A DNA stretch of 64,000 nt from Camelus ferus. Taxonomy: Eukaryota. The stretch spans positions 55,988,001-56,052,000 of the forward strand of contig NC_045697.1 in assembly GCF_009834535.1 (NCBI RefSeq), given 5' to 3'. The position numbers and the translations under genes were made by a program. How positions within the stretch are numbered: position 1 is the stretch's first letter; each line of letters starts with the position of its first letter. This document shows, in pieces, positions 25,825 through 40,205 of this stretch. The notes under the pieces were generated by a model that did no database searches, was not told the origin of the DNA, and was given only the letters and a program-made list of their open reading frames with translations.

Positions 25825-26065
25825 GTAGAATAACAGTTAAGATCAAAGACTCTGGAATCAGATAGCCATTGTGAAAATATCACTGCTCAGTTCTGGGTGG
25901 TTGTGGGCAAGTTAGTTCCCTACTCTGACCGTGACTCAGTTTCCTCATTGGAAAAATAAGACAGAAGATGGTACCTATCTCACAGGACTGTTGTAAAGAT
26001 TATATAAACTGATATTTACAAAGTCCTTAGGATAATGCATAACATGTATTAAGCATTTATTAATC
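25825..26065 (+). mobile_element. MIR SINE
   Basis: gactctggaatcaga...gggcaagtta...ctcagtttcctcattggaaaaat...tacctatctcacagga. Confidence 0.85.
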
Positions 26066-26449
26066 ATCTCATTGAACGCATTTCAATTACTTGAACTGAA
26101 AGAACTTGCTACTTCAAGTTAATAATTACTTTTTATAGGTCAATGGATAAAAATTTCATGTGAAATTTGTGGCAAACATGCTATTGGTATTATCTAAATT
26201 ATGCCTTACTTCTCCCTCACAAAACCAGTACAGATCAGGAAAAAAAAAAAAAACAGATAGAAAAGCAGTCTAATGGGCAGACAGGCAACTCCAGACCTCA
26301 CTTTTGACCTTGCTTCCTAGAAAAATGTAGATTTTTCAGGATACTATATTTTTTGTGATCTATAAGGTTAATTTCTGATATTTCTCATATAAAAATTGAG
26401 AAATGTATTATATATTCACATTTAATTTGCTCTGAAGGATCTTACAGTA

Positions 26450-26665
26450 ACAATAGAATCATGCATTTTGGTGATACTTCGGTCATTTGCTACCTGTGCA
26501 ATCCTGAGCAAATTATTGAAAGCTCTTAGTCTCTACTTCTCTTAAAAAACTGAGGCAAGTACTATCTCAGGGAGTTCTTGCAAGCATCAAATGTGAAAGT
26601 ACATGTAAAGTCTTCTAATAGAGGACCTAGAACATTGTAAGTGTTTGATAATGTTCATTGAGGTT
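26450..26665 (+). mobile_element. MIR SINE
   Basis: ctacctgtgcaatcctgagcaaatta...ctatctcagggagttcttgcaagcatcaaatg. Confidence 0.7.
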
Positions 26666-27734
26666 AGCAGTGCTTGTATTAATTTATTGGCAATGTTTTA
26701 AATATAACAAGGTGAGATGTCTATTTATATTTATTTGGTATATATTTGGTAAATAATATGATACTATTGACAAATAATAGACACATAATAGTTGTGGAAT
26801 AAATGGAAACGGAAACAATGTCACCACACAGAAATGCCCCAGTGGCTTTCTGAAATCCAATCCATTAGACATCCTTGAAAAAATTAAAGTTCAGAAAGAA
26901 AATCATGTTATTGAATAACTTCAAAGAAGATTATGTGTATTTGTCCTAAATGCAATTTTAATTATAAAATAAAATGATATTCAGATTTTTGAAACATTAT
27001 GTACTTGTCTACCATTCCTCATTGTCAAAGAGAAAGTAAAATTTATACTTGCAGTATTTCCCCAGACCGATCATTATATATATAGAAATAAATAACAAAA
27101 TTCAAATATTAATATTTATATTTTTTCTATTATCATAATAATGTGATGCTACTTGAAATTTTTACCATATTAATTTCTTCAGTTCTCAAAAGAAATTCAA
27201 TCATAGAACTATACAATAAGATACAAAGAAGACATACATTAATCTGGATTCTTAAAAATTAAGGTGAACATTTCAAAATATACAGTCTCAAAGTTCCTTC
27301 CCAAGTGTAAAGACTATCATTTTATAATAATATAAAAATATATAATAATAAAATAATATAATTTATGTGTAACAATATAATTTTTCTTAAGTTTTAAATT
27401 TATCCATTAAGGCTGTTTTTTTTTTTTTCATTTTTAACACTGGGAAACTTCAAAACTCAGGTTAAAAAATTCATATTTGTTACTTAGTTGTAGCACTAGC
27501 CAGAGAGATAAGCTGCATACCTCTTTGTAGTCTCTTTCTACTCAAATATTTAGAAACATTTACATATCCTCAGTAGGTTTAATTTTGTCAGTTCTACCTT
27601 AAAATATTTCTCAAATGAGTCACCTTACTCCCTAGTCATAGTCTGTCATTGCCTGCTTTTCTTCCATATAATTTCTCAAAACAATAACAATAACATCAAC
27701 AGCAAACAAGTCAACAAACAAAAATCAAGCCAAA

Positions 27735-28472
27735 AAAAAGCAGTGAATTTATTATTAAGGACATAAGGATATAACATTGAATACAAAGAAAAGGATGCTG
27801 CCAGTCCTTGGGAACAGGAAGTGAAAATGTAAAGCTAATATGTACAAGATCTTGTGGTAGCTCACAGCAAAAAACAAATGTGACAATGAATATATGTATG
27901 TTCATGTATAACTGAAAAATTGTGCTCTGCACTGGAATTTGACACAAAATTGTAAAATGACCATAACGCAATAAAAAAAAATGTAAAAAAAAAAAAATGT
28001 AGAGCTAAGAGATACCACGCAATACATTTTCTCTTGCCTCTTCCTCTTATGTCCTGTTTGTTTACCACATTCTTCTCTGTCTCCTACTCCCTTCTTCCTC
28101 TTCTCTCCCTCCTTCTCTTTCTCACTTGCTTACTCTCTCACTGCTGTCTCTCTTTCTGTTCGTCTCTCTGCTCTGCTGTCTAGACAACGTAGTAGCATAC
28201 AATGGTCCAGGATTTCCCCTGGTTTACATGTTATAGCTTCATCTGCACAAAAGAGGTTTCTCAGGCCCAGTAAATCCACAAGAAGAAAATCTGTTGACTC
28301 GATCCAGGTAGATATGCTAAATCCAGTTCTTCTTGATCAGAGCATAGAGTCATTTGTGTCGTTTAACAAAGCAATTGCTGGGCAGACACATGTAACCCCA
28401 CGGAAAGGGGATGAGTTTCCCAAGATGGCAGGTTCATAATGAATGACATAAACAACCAAAATTGTTTATCAC
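27735..28472 (-). mobile_element. Old MLT1-type LTR interrupted by an L1 tail
   Basis: gaatttattattaagga..., tttacatgttatagcttc, gtttcccaag...aacaaccaaaattgtttatcaca typical of antisense old MLT1. Confidence 0.5.
27839..27993 (+). mobile_element. Severely 5'-truncated young L1 (3' UTR tip) with 15-bp TSD
   Basis: Near-identical to 30811-30958; TSD aaaatgtaaagctaa (27824-27838)/aaaatgtagagctaa (27994-28008). Confidence 0.9.
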
Positions 28473-28555
28473 AGCCTAGTAGCTTTATCCAAAACCTTCA
28501 CATTATAGTAGTAATCCAATTTACTAGACTGATTTTTTTATGCCTTAAAAATTCT

Positions 28556-30990
28556 ACATACATAAATCAATCAATGTAACACATCACATCAACAAGAGAA
28601 AGGACAAAAACCACATGATCATCTCAATAGATGCAGAGAAAGCATTTGATAAAATTCAACACCCATTTATGATAAAAACTCTCACCAAAGTGGGTATAGA
28701 GGGAACGTATCTCAACATAATAAAAGCAATATATGACAAACCTACAGCCAGCATAGTACTCAACGGTGAAAAACTCAAAAGCTTCCCACTAAAATCTGGG
28801 ACAAGACAAGGATGCCCACTATCACCACTCCTATTGAACATCATCTAGGAAGTCCTAGCCACAGCAATCAGGCAAGAGAGAGAAATAAAAGGGATCCAAA
28901 TTGGAAAAGAAGATGTAAAAGTGTCACTATATGCCAATGACATGTTACTATATATAGAAAACCCTAAAAGGTCCACACAAAAACTACTAGAGCTGATCGA
29001 AGAATTCAGCAAGGTAGCAGGTTACAAGATTAACGTTCAAAAAATCAGTTGCATTTCTTTACACTAGCGATGAATCAACAGAAAAAGAAAGTAAAGAAAC
29101 AATCCCCTTTAAAATAACACCCAAAGTAATAAAATACCTAGGAATAAATCTAACCAAGGAGATGAAAGAATTATACACAGAAAACTAGAAACCATTGATG
29201 AAGGAAATTAAAGAAGACTTTAAAAAATGGGAAGATATCCCATGCTCCTGGATTGGAAGAATCAATATTGTTAAAATGGTCACATTGCCCAAGGCAATCT
29301 ACAGATTTAATGCAATCCCTATCCAATTACCCAGGACATATTTCACAGAACTAGAACAAATCATAGTAAAATTTATATGGAACCATCAAAGACCTAGAAT
29401 TGCCAAAGCATTACTGAAGAGAAAGAAAGAGGCTGGAGGAATAACAATCCCAGACTTCAGATAATACTATGGAGCTACAGTCATCAAGACAGCATGGTAT
29501 TAGTACAAAAACAGACATACAGACCAATGGAACAAAATAGAGAGCCCAGAAATGAACCCACAAACTTTTGTCCAACTAATCTTCAACAAAGGAGACAAGA
29601 ATAAACAATGGAGTAAAGACAGTCTCTTCAGCAAATGGTGTTGGGAAAACTGGACAGCAGCATGTAAAGCAATGAAGCTAGAACACTCCCTTACACCACA
29701 CACAAAAATCAACTCAAAATGGATTAAAGACTTAAACATAAGACAAGATACAATAAACCTCCTTGAAGAAAATATAGGCGAAACATTATGTGACATACAT
29801 CTCAGAAATGTTCTCCTAGAACAGTCTACTCAAGCAATAGAAATAAAAGCAAGAATAAACAAATGGGACCTAGTGAAACTTACAAGCTTCTGCACAGCAA
29901 AGGATACCATAAGTAAAACAAAAAGACAACCTATGGTACGGGAGAACATTTTTGCAAATGAAACCGACAAAGGCTTGAGCTCCAGAATATATAAGCAGCT
30001 CATATAACTTAATAAGAAACAACCAAACAACCCAATCTAAAAATGGGCATAAGACCTAAACAAGCAATTCTCCAAGGAAGACATACAAATGATCAATAGG
30101 CAAATGAAAAAATGCTCAATATCACTAATTATCAGAGAAATGCAAATCAAAACTACAATGAGGTATCACCTCACACCAGTCAGAATGTCCATCATTCAAA
30201 AATCCACAAATGACAAATGCTGGAGAGGCTGTGAAGAAAGGGGAACCCTCCTACACTGCTGAGGGGAATGCAGTTTGGTGCAGCCACTATGGAAAGCAGT
30301 ATGGATTTCCTCAAAAGACTAGGGATAGACTTACCATATGACCCAGGAATCCCGCTCCTGGGCATATATCCAGAAGGTACCCTACTTCAAAATGACACCT
30401 GCACCCCAGTGTTCATAGCAGCACTATTTACAATAGCCAAGACATGGAGACAGCCTAAATGTCCATCAACGAATGACTGGATAAAGAAGAAGTGGTATAT
30501 TTATACAATGGAATACTACTCAGCCATAAAACCCAACAACATAACGCCATTTGCAGCAACATGGATGCTCCTGGGGAATGTCATTCTAAGTGAAATAAGC
30601 CAGAAAGAGAAAGAACAGTACCATATGAGATCGCTCATATGTGGAATCCAAAAAAAAACAAAAAAAACAAAGCATAAATACAAAACAGAAATAGACTCAT
30701 AGACATAGAATACAAACTTGTGGTTGCCAAGAGGGCAAAGGGTGGGAAGGGATAGATGGGATTTCAAAATTGTAAAATAGATAAGATTATACTGTACAGC
30801 ACAGGGAAATATATACAAGATCTTATGGTAGCTCACAGAGAAAAAAATGTGAATGAATATATATATATGTTCATGTATAACTGAAAAATTGTGCTCTACA
30901 CTGGAATTTGACACAACATTGTAAAATGATTATAAATCAATAAAAAATGTTAAAAAAATTTTTTAAAAAAACCTCTAAAAATCCTTTTTA
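28556..30990 (+). mobile_element. Young lineage-specific L1, 5'-truncated inside the RT domain
   Basis: ORF2 peptides [42 protein letters not shown] with stops and frameshifts; 3' UTR and A-rich tail; candidate TSD aaaaattct (28547-28555/30991-30999). Confidence 0.97.
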
Positions 30991-32689
30991 AAAAATTCTT
31001 TAGCATTCAGTTTTTAAGTCATAAGTTGTAGAGCTACAGGAGGCACTGTTGAAACAGATCCAAAATGAAATGTTTTACTCCATGTTATACTGAGTCTATA
31101 CTGGATATAGGATTTAAATTAATTCTTAAATTAAACTCCTAGCCTAATCCTTTGCATTCTTGCCACATTATTTCTTGATATAGCTTAACTATATCAACTC
31201 TTGTTAGATAACAGCAAACTTAAAAATATCTCTTTTGAATGAGATTATAATCTATGCCTTTAATTTTCATTTTATTACAATAGAAATACATGATTTTATT
31301 GCATCATTTTCCCCAAAGATTTTAAAATATCTTGAAATCCTCATCTTTCCAGTCACATTCTGAAAACATGTGGCTAATATTATTTTCCATTATTTTACTG
31401 TCAAGCTTGCATATGATCCAGAGAAATTAAATCACTTTACCAAAGTTTCACATTGTTTTTTTGGCCATAGTTTATACTAAAATTGCTGACACTCATTAAC
31501 CAATAGACAAACTTACCAACGTCTCTATTAATACTTACACTGTTGAAAGGATAATTTGCACGGCAACAGAACTTAATAGTATGCCACCATATATACACAA
31601 AATCACTGTATGTGTATGTCTGTTTCTTTTCAGAATTCCACTTACAGCTGCATTTCTGAATAGCTTGTTAATGAGCTGATGTTCTCTATTGGAAGCCACG
31701 GTTAACAAAGAGGTTTCAGAGATGGTTTCATAGAAAATTTTTGGCATAGAAAAGATTTGCTAAAAATAAGTATAGTTTCAAATGATATACTTTTAAGAAT
31801 TGAATTACGTTCATCCTTTCAATGTACATGTTGAACATATACCTTTCCACTAATAATATCCATTGAAATCCTTCAATAATCCAGGATGTAAGTTATTAGT
31901 AGAAAATAGTATAAGAATCACATCCTGCCTTCAAGTAGATTACATTAATTATCAGTGAATTTAGAGTTTGATTTTTGAGATATGTTTGTAGGTGGGATTT
32001 ACAAATTAATTAGGCTTTTTCAGTTGGATAAAAGAACATCCTGAATGCATTTGATAGCATTCATTACTATATTCACTGCCCTTTTTGTTTTTACTCCCTT
32101 CTTGGAGTAATTGTTTGTATTCCTTGTTGATTTGATACTGAAAGATTATCAATAGAAATAAAACACCACTATCAATAAAAAAACTCTTCCCTTTATCTTT
32201 CCCCACCCAAAGCCTGGATATTGCAAATAATACTGATATATGTACATTACAGTTACATTTTAAAGGATATTGGAGGGTGAACTATTTGTGTGCGTATGTT
32301 GTATTTCTTGTTTGTAAATAGCATTTTTATACCCTCCTTTATAAATAATAGCTTACAGATATTCTAATAAAATATGAGAAATATATACAGTTAGCTACAT
32401 ACAAATGTCTACAATGGATGATGCTGAAATGTATAGCATCAGTTTAAAATCGGTTTCATCAGAATATAAGATTATGTGTACTTATCTAGATACTTAATAT
32501 GGCATTTAAAAATGAAAATTCTTTAATTATATTTAAGAAATTAACTTAGTTTGCAGTTTGAATGGATTGACTTATTGATGTAAGCTTACTGCTGATAAAA
32601 GAGATGAAAATTTTTGATCAAAAAAATAGAGTAAATTTTTATGAATATTCACAATGGTGACCAATTAACACCCTTAAATCTATTGCATC

Positions 32690-33570
32690 TGAGTAAGACA
32701 ATTTGAACTTCTGTTTTAATTCTACGTGAAGTTAAAATTCCTGCATTTTTATTGATCTCATGATCCAACATAGCAAATATTGAAAAAAAATTATTCTCTA
32801 TATCTCTGTAACTCTTCAGGAGATTTACATAAAGTAAAAGAGAAAAGGTAATTAATTTCATTCCTCTTCTTAAACATTTTGAGTTTTTCTGAGATGTAAG
32901 TTATATGCCATAAATTTGACTGGATATGTCTACAGTTCAATGAGTATAGGAAATTCCTGTACAGTGTTGGAAAGTATCAAAAGCAGACATCTTACTCTTT
33001 TTCCTGGTCTTATAAGGAAAGTAGTGTTTAACTTTCAGTTATGACATTAGCTATAAGTTTTACAGAGATACTCTTTTTGATGTTGATGAAATTCCTTTCT
33101 ATTCCTAATTTGTCGGATTATTATGAACGGACGTTGGATTTTTGTCAAATGCTTTTCCTGAAGTCTGTTGAGGAAATAACATGGTGTATTATGTTAAATA
33201 ACATTCAAAATTAAAACAACTGAATTCTGAAAATAAATCCCACTTAGTAGTGGTTAGTAGTAATTTTGTACATATCCCTAGCTTTGATTTTCTATTATTT
33301 TGTTAAGAATTTTTATATTTATATTCAAGGAAAATATTGGCCTGATTTCCTTCCTTCCTTCCTTTCTCCCTTCCTTCCTCCCTCCCTTCCTTCCTTCATT
33401 TTTTTTCTTACTAGGATATAACTGCCTCACAAATAAATTAGAAAGTATTCCCTCTTCCTCAATAGTTGTGAAGGATTAGTTTTATTTCTTCCTTAAATGG
33501 TTGGTAGGATTCACCAGTCAAGCCATCTGGGCCTGGGGTTTTATCCTTGTGGGGATATTTTTAATTAGTT
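32690..33570 (-). mobile_element. Old L1M ORF2 fragment
   Basis: cagacatcttactcttt, attcctttctattcctaatttg, gttggatttttgtcaaatgctttt, ttcaccagtcaagccatctgggcctgg. Confidence 0.8.
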
Positions 33571-35329
33571 GCCATAAATTGCAAACAGTTTGAGCTTACG
33601 GAGACTATATCTTTTTATATTTAAATTTTCCATACTGCCTAATATCTTATATTATTAACAGAAGCATTATCAAAAAGAATCAAGGCCTTTAAAAAAAAAA
33701 AGATCATGGTATTTTTAGGACAGTGAATAAACCAGTTACATTAGAGCCAAGAATAAGTTAACAAGTAAATAGCTACAGTGACATTAAAGGCAATTATTAA
33801 GAAGCTCATTTTAATTGAATTAAAACTTACAGAAAATAACTATTACATCACCCCTATTCACTTCTAGTTCTGATAATGTGCAACATAGAAATAATAAAAA
33901 TGCATTTTTAATGTTTGTGTTTTGTTGCTCATATTGTGTTGTATGTGGTACTTTTGTGTACTTCTAAATGTAAGCTTTATATACAAGTTATATGGTCTCT
34001 TTTTCTTATGACCATGAAGAGATATAAAACCCAGAGATTCTCTTCCATATTACAAGATACTTCATGTAAGCCTTCTGTTTCTCAATCATGATGTTCTTAT
34101 ATTTGGTAATTCTTTAAATTATTCATTTATTATTTTATGGAGTCCCATTTTCACTAGATATATGACACACATCCCCAAAGAAATTTAGTATAGGTCACTC
34201 GATTCATCATAACCTTATACTATGATACTTATTTGTTAGGTTATGAAAAGTAAGCACTGTAATATATTTTTAGGGGTGGATAAGGCAAAAATGTTTTAGA
34301 CATTAGAGTTTCTGTTTGGTCCTAAAAGTTATGGCTAAATCAAAAATCTGGTACTTCTATATACTTATTACAAAAGACAAAAATGAACTTGATTATTTAA
34401 GATGTTGCAAGGTATATCAACAAGTGACACATGTGCTACAATAATATTTTTCTTACAAATTTAAGACTTCTTCCCAACTTAATCCTAAATGATAGCTCAG
34501 AAGCCATCTTTTTTTATGTGCTGCCTTTGTAACATTGCTCAACTCTTCAGAATTACAGCTTTCAGCATCAGAACAAATTTATTCACTCTTGGACTCCAGT
34601 TTTGCTAAATATGCACTATCACATAAATCTTCTTAAATCTTCTTTGCTGCTTATGCTCTAGTTAAATTATGTGAGCCACTATACTTGCAAAATTATTCTA
34701 AGTCCACAGATGCAATGCCTTAAGAAAGGATATAAAGGGTATTTTGTCCTTTGCATCAGTGAGGGAACCTCCTATTCAAAATCACAAATATATACCCTTG
34801 GTTTTCACAAAACGCTAGGACTCAGTTTCTCGATTGAAAATTCTTCACACAAACTAGTTAGTCTTTGAAACTTCACTTCTACTCTAGACTTTGGATAGAT
34901 CACAAAATAAGCCTTTCTGTAATACTTATTCGATGCTATTTGATGCTAATAATAAAAGTAGCTTCAATTTGTGTAGTGCTAAACATATACAAACAACACT
35001 CTTCATGGAAGTTTATTGTATTTTATTTAATCCTGTAATTTATCATATCCATTTCACAATAGAAGTGTTACCTAAAGCTACACAGCTGATAGTAACTAAG
35101 ACAGCCCTAGTCTGAGTGTAAATCTAATTTTCTTTCTACCATATTATTCTTTCCTACTCTTGACCTTTGTTTTCCAAGACAAGAAGGATACATGAATTAA
35201 TTCAAATAATATGAACCCTAATTTCTTACAGCTTCTTTAAGAAGGCTGGGGTGGTAATGAAGGGTGGGCTGTGGAATAAGAAAAACAAAATTTCATTTAA
35301 TACATAGTAAATTTCATGCAATGTGGTAA

Positions 35330-35530
35330 ATACTTACAATATAGTAAGGTTGCCAAATCTTCATTACCAACTTTTGAGTTAGGGATAATTAATCTCGTTT
35401 TTGAGTTGAATAAGCTGAAGCTCAGAAAGGTTAATTGCTTTGCATAAATTAACAAAGCTAATAAAGAAGTAACAAAAATGTAAACCTGAGTCTCTCTAAT
35501 ACATAAACTCTCTTTCTTCTTACACCTTGA
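35330..35530 (-). mobile_element. MIR SINE
   Basis: aagctgaagctcagaaaggttaattgctttgc. Confidence 0.6.
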
Positions 35531-35719
35531 TGCTCCTCCTGATTAGAGTGTTATGTTAAAAAAGAGGCAGTAATTTACATGATCTTCTTTCTAGGGTTTC
35601 CAGTTTTATTCTCCATAAAGTTCCTTTTTAGCCTTGATTTTTTGCAATAATTATTACAGGCACCCAGTTCCCCACAAAAACACACATGCTCTTCATAGTG
35701 GAACTCATGCACGTTTATC

Positions 35720-36770
35720 TTTTAAACATTTTGACGTGGAGAATTTCAAATATAGTACAGTGAATCCTGATACATTCATCACCCAGTTCCAGAAAGCATC
35801 AGTATTTGTGATCAGCATTATTGTTTAATCTGTGCTTCCTACCACTCCTCACTCTCTCATTTTTTTCAGGTACAATTTGCAAAAATTAAGATGCACAACT
35901 GTTAAATATATAATTTTGATAAATGAATACCCATATAGTCCACATTTCCTAAAAAGATATAGAATATTCCCATCAGTCCGGATGTTTCCTCATGTTCCTG
36001 CCAGTCAGTTGCTCTCAACTCCAGAGATAAACACAATTCTGATTTTTAACCATATATTAGTTTTGCCCTTTCTAGAACTTCATATTTGTGGAATCATATG
36101 TATGTACTCTTTTCTGTCCAGACTCTCTGTCTCACCATAATGTCAGTGAGTGTCATTCATGTTGTTGTGTGTATCAATAGTTTGGGTTGTTGTTGTTTGT
36201 TTTCGGTATAATATTGATGCATGATATGAATTTACCACATATTTACCCATCTGATGATTGACATTAGAGTTATGCATAGTTTTTGGCTGTTATAAACGAA
36301 GCTTCTATAAACATTTGGACAAAATTTTTTTTGTTTAGATACCTGGATTAAATGTTTATTTTGTAAGAATTTCCAAACCTTTATTTCTAAAGTGATTATG
36401 CCACTTACATTCCCATCAGCAGTGAATAAGAGTTCTGATAGCTCCACAACTTCACTGACATTTGACTGTCATCAGCCATTATCAATTTAGCCTCTCTTGT
36501 GAGTATCTAGCAATATCTTATTGTAGTTTTAATTTGGAGTATTTCTCTGATGACTAATGATACAAGGTCATGAAGATATTCTTGTGGTTTTTATTCTAAA
36601 AGTTTTATTGTTTTAGTCTTTACAGTTAGACCTGTTATTCACCTTGAATTAATTTCTGTGTATTGTGTAAGATAAGGGTTATAGTTGATTTTGTTTCCAT
36701 ATGGGTATATCCAGTGAGACCAGCACCAGTTGTTAAAAAGACTCATGTAAGTGTGGGTATATTTCTGGTT
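35720..36770 (-). mobile_element. Old L1M 3' region
   Basis: ttagttttgcccttttctagaacttcat, cattcatgttgttgtgtgtatcaatagt, ttacattcccatcagcagtg. Confidence 0.8.
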
Positions 36771-36830
36771 TTTCAAATCACTATTTATTGTTACATGTAT
36801 TTACAATGTATTGTTAAGATAATATCACAC

Positions 36831-36871
36831 TTTTTTTTCTAATGGAGGTACTGGGAATTGAACCTAGGATC
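36831..36871 (-). mobile_element. Short Vic-1-type SINE 3' fragment
   Basis: (T)n..aatggaggtactgggaattgaacctagga matches the element at 1753-1830. Confidence 0.7.
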
Positions 36872-36879
36872 AGTGGACA

Positions 36880-39480
36880 CTGTATTAGTATTAATGTGCA
36901 TTTAAGAAAAATTGTATAGATTCATACAGAATTTACTATATTCTTTGGCTTCTCATTGAAAGATTATTTTACTATTCATCCACATAGTTCTATATATGAG
37001 TTCTGTATTACCATTCTTATGTGATACTGAGTAGCATTTTGTTGCATCAATAACTCTCTGACTGTTTAACCATTCCATTTTTGATGGGAGTTAGAGTTGT
37101 TCCATGTTTTTGGCCATTGCAAATAATGATGCTTTATTTATTCTGTATTTCATTTTTGGATATTTTTTGTCACTATATATTCAATATCCCTACCTACTAA
37201 CTCTGTCATCTGTGTCATATCTCAGATTATTTTGATAGTGTTTTTTTTTTTCTTATGGGCAGTTTATTCTGCTTGTGGGATGCATGATAATATTTGATAA
37301 GATGATAGAGTAGACATTGTGAGTTTGTTCTTGTTGGATGATGGATATTTTTTTCTATTCCTGTAGATACTGAGCTATCTTTCAGGACACAGTTAACTTA
37401 CACAGAAATGATTTGATCTTTGTGAATATTGTCTTTGAACTTCATTAGATGGAAGCAGATCAGTGTTCAGTCTAGTGTTAATTTTATAAACCATTAAGTA
37501 AAATCTCTTTTGTATTCCATCTGTTACTTTTTGAATTATGAAATTTTCCACTCTGGCTTTTGAGAACAAGGAATATTCTTCACTCTGTTTGAGCTTTGCA
37601 GATTGTTATTTCTAATCACTTTTGATGATTCTTTTTCTGAAGTCAGGTATTTTCCATATATGAACTCATCAATTATTATTATGCTGACACTGCCGAAATC
37701 TGGATCCCTCTCTCTCATTCTCTCTCTTCCTTTCTCCTCTCTTGTACTCTGCACTGTGAACTTTGACTGCCTTACGTTCCTGAACTCTCAGATCCATCTC
37801 TACTCAGAGAGACAGTTGAGTTCTGCCTGAGTTAAGCTTTCCAGACAGTAAGCTGAAGCAGTTATATGGCACATCTCATTTCTTTCCAGTCTCTTAGGAT
37901 CACTTTTACATTGCTGCTGTGATTCATTGTTTCATTTATTTTGTCTAGATTTTTAGTTGTTTTGGGTGGGAAAGTAAATCTGGTCCCATTTACTCCATCT
38001 TGGCTGGAAACAAAATTTTTTTTTTAATTTACGCACATTTAGCATCTGTACTTCTTCATATATATTCAAGTTATCATCTGGTGTTCTTTTCCTTCAGCCT
38101 GAATTGCTTCCTTAGCATTTTTTGTATGCAAGTTTGAATATAAAGAATTCTCTGTTTGGGTTACATAAAATGTCTCTTTTTCCCTTCATTTTTGAAGGGG
38201 TGTTTCTCTAAATAACAGCATTCCCATTGACAGTATCTTTTTTCAGCACATTAAACATGTTATTCTGTTGTAATCTAAGCTCCATTTTTTTATAATGTTA
38301 AATCAGCAGTTATTTTAATTCCTGTTCTTGTGTTTGTAATGCATCATTTGTCTTTTGTCTTTATATATCTTTATCTTTTGATATCCACAGTTTGACAATG
38401 ACGTGATTTTTTGAAGTACCTGTGTCTGTAGTTTGATGCTTTTTCTCCAAATTTGTGAATTTGGTGCCATAATATTTATTCAAGTAATTTTCTGCCCTAT
38501 TTCCTCTGTTTTCTCCTCTAAGACATCAATTACATATATTTTAGAGTGATTAATATCTCTCTCAATTATTCAGAATGGCTATTTTCAACTGATCTTCAAG
38601 TTCACCAACGTTTTCTTTTGCTACATCCTACTTCTTATCAATTCATGCAGTAAAATCTTCATTTCAGTTATTGTACTTCTTACCTTCACTGTATTGATTC
38701 AGTTCTTTTTTTAATATAGTTCTTTTTCTTTGATGATTTCTCATGTGATTATTCATTATGACTATATTTTTCTTTAACTAATTGAGCATATTTTAATAGC
38801 TACTTTAGACTCCTAGATTGTTAATTGCAGTATCTTGATAATTTCAGGAAGGTTTTCTATTGACATTTTTTTCTGTATAAATGTTATATTTTAATGCTTA
38901 TTTGCATTCTCATGAGTTCTGACTGGTCATTTTATATACTAAATATGAGACATTGTAGAGACTCTACATACTGTTATAATTCTCCTCAGAGGGTTGATTT
39001 TTATTCAAGCATGAAATTTACTTGGCTGAACTCAAATTGTGTCTCCCTTGCATGGGTAGCAACTGAAATAGCCATTCAGATCTTTCAGATTTGAGCTGCT
39101 ACCATTGGTGGGGGAGTGCTCAGCATTTTCTTCCATGCATAAAAAATTTAGTGTTTAATCAGGATTTGTGCAGTTTTTAAACACTTTTCTCCATCTCCTA
39201 ACAAACTTACTCTTTCCAGAGTTTCCTCCTTAAATTACCAAATGCTTTCCTTGCCCCAAACTCTGTCCTCTGGCACCTTAAGCTAGTAATGTCATGGTTA
39301 TCTACTACATGAGTGGTATTCAATTGAAAGGTGCCTTCAGGCAAAATCTGAAAATTTGTAAATCTCATTTGTCCCAGTTTCTACTTAAGGACAGAGTTCT
39401 CTCCAGGTTCTGCTAGATTTGATCATTCTACATTGCCTTCAATTAGATGTTTTTCTATCTCATATATCTATCTGCAAGAG
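36880..39480 (-). mobile_element. Patchwork of ancient L1ME/HAL1 fragments
   Basis: T-rich antisense L1 motifs (tttccttcagcctgaa...ttccttagcattt, cccttcatttttgaagg, tcttcaagttcac). Confidence 0.6.
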
Positions 39481-39879
39481 GGTTAGTAGAACTAAACTGC
39501 AAAAGCTTGAACTTTAAAGTTAAAAAGCTTTAACCTTTAAAAATATTTATTTGCATATAAACTACTTCACGTAATTTTCTAAAGTAAACCAGCCAAAAAT
39601 AAGAAATAAGTAACTATCCTAATTTGTCACTAATCTCTATCATTTCATTTCCTCCCAAATCTGTTGAGTACTTCTCATTTTGTGAGGACCCAAATCAGTG
39701 CTATTTATCATAAAATATGTCCAAAATCAATTGAAAGAAAATGTACATGTCTGTCAACTTTTTTCCCTAAAAAAATTTACATGCTATGTATATGATTTTT
39801 TGGTCCATGTATTTTATTTTTTTATTTTGGTCCAATGTATTTTCATTTAGTTGTGAAACATTTTTCAACATGAATGGAA

Positions 39880-40205
39880 AATTTTGCTCCACCTGTCTGC
39901 TTGAATGACTGTTTACCCTTGAACACTTTTTTCAGTTAACTTTTTCTAGGAATGTTTTCCCAGACTGTCCCACTTCTACCGTAAGCTGAGTTTAGGCCAC
40001 CTCTTTTGTCAAATTTTAGGATCTTTCCTCCCCTTTTTTAAGGAATTTATCACACTGTATTGTTTGGTTGGTTTAACTTGTCTGTCTTTCTAACAGACTG
40101 AATTCCTTGAGGTCAAGCATTGAGTCATTTGTGTCTAAGTCTGATCACTTAGCATATTATTTTTCAAAAGTAGGTGCTTACATAAATTTATTTAATTAAA
40201 TTGAA
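39880..40205 (+). mobile_element. L2 3' end
   Basis: tagg..tgttttcccagac...atttatcacactgtatt...gactgaattccttgagg...gtaggtgctt..ataaat. Confidence 0.7.

Noticed and set aside
28615..30702. L1 ORF2 pieces as functional CDS
   Set aside because: The element is 5'-truncated with frameshifts and stops
31535..32206. Short minus-strand ORFs in unique AT-rich DNA as exons
   Set aside because: No recognisable protein similarity or convincing paired splice sites
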